Assembly: GCA_964532665.1 (NCBI GenBank) | Contig: CAZHMV010000002.1 | Span: 84,679-148,678 of the forward strand | DNA: 64,000 bases | Direction of reading: 5' to 3' | Origin: an uncultured Anaerolineales bacterium | Lineage (GTDB): Bacteria > Chloroflexota > Anaerolineae > Epilineales > JAANWY01 | Shown: piece after piece, positions 62,957 through 64,000 of the stretch | Numbering within the stretch: the stretch's first letter is position 1 | Layout of the letters: every line of letters starts with the position of its first letter | Translations under genes and position numbers: made by a program | Notes under the pieces: model-generated | The model's database searches: none | What the model was told of the DNA's origin: nothing | What the model saw: only the letters and a program-made list of their open reading frames with translations

Positions 62957-64000
62957 CTAATTCCTCGTCACCAGCGGAAGCAAGACCGCCGGCGCAGACA
63001 ACGCCCAGTCCAGATCAAACATACGTGCCAGATAGTCGTACGCCGCATCTGACTGAACCTGGAGAGCGACTTCCCGATTGATCTTGTTAGCCGCCTCACT
63101 CCCGTTGATGGAGCCCACATGCACGTAGCCGGCCCCGTCGATCTGGGCCAGCACCATTTTGTTGTGAATGCCCAGCCCGGTCAGGTTGCTCCGCTGCGCC
63201 TGCAGGTCCAGCCCTTCCTCCGCAGCCACCTGGTTCACGTAACGAACGGCCGCCGCATTGCTGCGGGGCGAGGCCGGATCGTCGAAGTAGCGATCCAGCA
63301 TGATCCGCACCCGAGCCCCACGGCGCGCAGCCGCGATGTAGGCCTCCAGGCGGATATTCGGGTCCGTACCAGGCGAGCCGCTAATCGGGCCCCAGTACGG
63401 CGGCTCCTGCAACTGCTGGACGTACAGCGTGTCCCCGTCACCGGCCCGGCCCACCAACCCCAGCAGCCCGCCATGCGCGTTGAGACTGTTCTCCGGTGAG
63501 CTGATGATCTGAAACTGGAACGCGCCATGAACGGTCAGCGGATCCGGCCAGTAAACCCGATAAATGTCGCCGCCGGACATGTCTTCCGGCACAAACCAGT
63601 CGGGCGGGGCGTAGTTCGGATCGTCCAGCGGCCACCGACGGATGTCGCGATGCCGTGCGGGGTCCAGATCGGCGTCGAACAGCTCTTGCAGGCCGGCCAC
63701 GGCCCCTGGCGCATCGGTGATCAGATACACGCCGCGATGGCCGGCTGTCCCATCCGAGAGGTCATCACTCGGCATACCGCCCGGCCCCGGATTCTCCGAA
63801 CCGACCATCGCCAGTCGGTGGTCGATAATGAACACCTTGGGGTGATGGCTGCGATAGCGGTCGTGGATGCCCTCGGTTGGCCGATTCACCATCAGATAGA
63901 CCTTGCCGCCGGCCTCTCCAATCTCGCGGGCGGCCCATTTCCCTTCCCACGTGATGCCGCCGGCCGGCCCATCCTCCAGCAGGAGCGTGACGTCCACGCC
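62957..64000 (-). CDS. Phospholipase D-superfamily protein (partial, start beyond the window)
   Basis: Two HKD motifs (HHPKVFIID, HNKMVLAQID with GSIN) and C-terminal LLPLVTRN. Confidence 0.85.
   Translation of the reverse strand, partial: GVDVTLLLEDGPAGGITWEGKWAAREIGEAGGKVYLMVNRPTEGIHDRYRSHHPKVFIIDHRLAMVGSENPGPGGMPSDDLSDGTAGHRGVYLITDAPGAVAGLQELFDADLDPARHRDIRRWPLDDPNYAPPDWFVPEDMSGGDIYRVYWPDPLTVHGAFQFQIISSPENSLNAHGGLLGLVGRAGDGDTLYVQQLQEPPYWGPISGSPGTDPNIRLEAYIAAARRGARVRIMLDRYFDDPASPRSNAAAVRYVNQVAAEEGLDLQAQRSNLTGLGIHNKMVLAQIDGAGYVHVGSINGSEAANKINREVALQVQSDAAYDYLARMFDLDWALSAPAVLLPLVTRN

Noticed and set aside
1600-63950. Long antisense or overlapping ORFs (e.g. 1600-2709, 8966-9997, 17401-18339, 31306-32202, 35275-36339, 50937-51878)
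   Set aside because: These are shadow frames of well-supported genes in high-GC DNA, Arg/Pro/Ala-rich and without recognisable motifs.
1-64000. CRISPR array
   Set aside because: No regularly spaced 25-45-bp direct repeats with unique spacers and no cas genes. The tandem repeats are 7-10-mers arranged as inverted hairpins.

Overview
GC-rich bacterial window, most likely Chloroflexota (Anaerolineae-like). This is inferred from the LysW-type lysine cluster and several proteins ending in a (Y/L)(L/M)PL(I/V) motif. The first ~44 kb is mostly intact housekeeping and envelope genes: a Wzz-like protein and a GT4 glycosyltransferase; an OmpR regulator/histidine kinase/CtpA/M6-like protease/GH-A glycosidase cluster; two ECF transporter operons (one behind a MocR regulator); a LysW-dependent lysine operon (lysW-X-Y-Z-J-K plus homocitrate synthase) with an unannotated Lys-codon leader-peptide attenuator; arginase; adenosine deaminase; and a cyanobacterial-type phenylalanine ammonia-lyase. 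Two genes contain in-frame UGA codons at conserved Cys positions and are probably selenoproteins (an ArsM-like methyltransferase and a SelW/Rdx protein). From ~44.5 to 61.6 kb almost every gene is on the minus strand, downstream of a tRNA-Glu. That stretch mixes intact accessory genes with many truncated remnants, three paralogous prenyltransferase-fold proteins, unusual domain fusions, MazEF, and a 3.8-kb block bounded by a 33-bp inverted repeat pair. Throughout the window there are several families of short palindromic elements: tandem 7-10-mer hairpins at nearly every lys operon junction, CTTCGACA(A/G)GCTCAGG repeats, and MITE-like elements. Some sit in frame inside proteins. No integrase, transposase, CRISPR array or rRNA was seen. 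All protein calls come from motif recognition by eye; no database searches were run.
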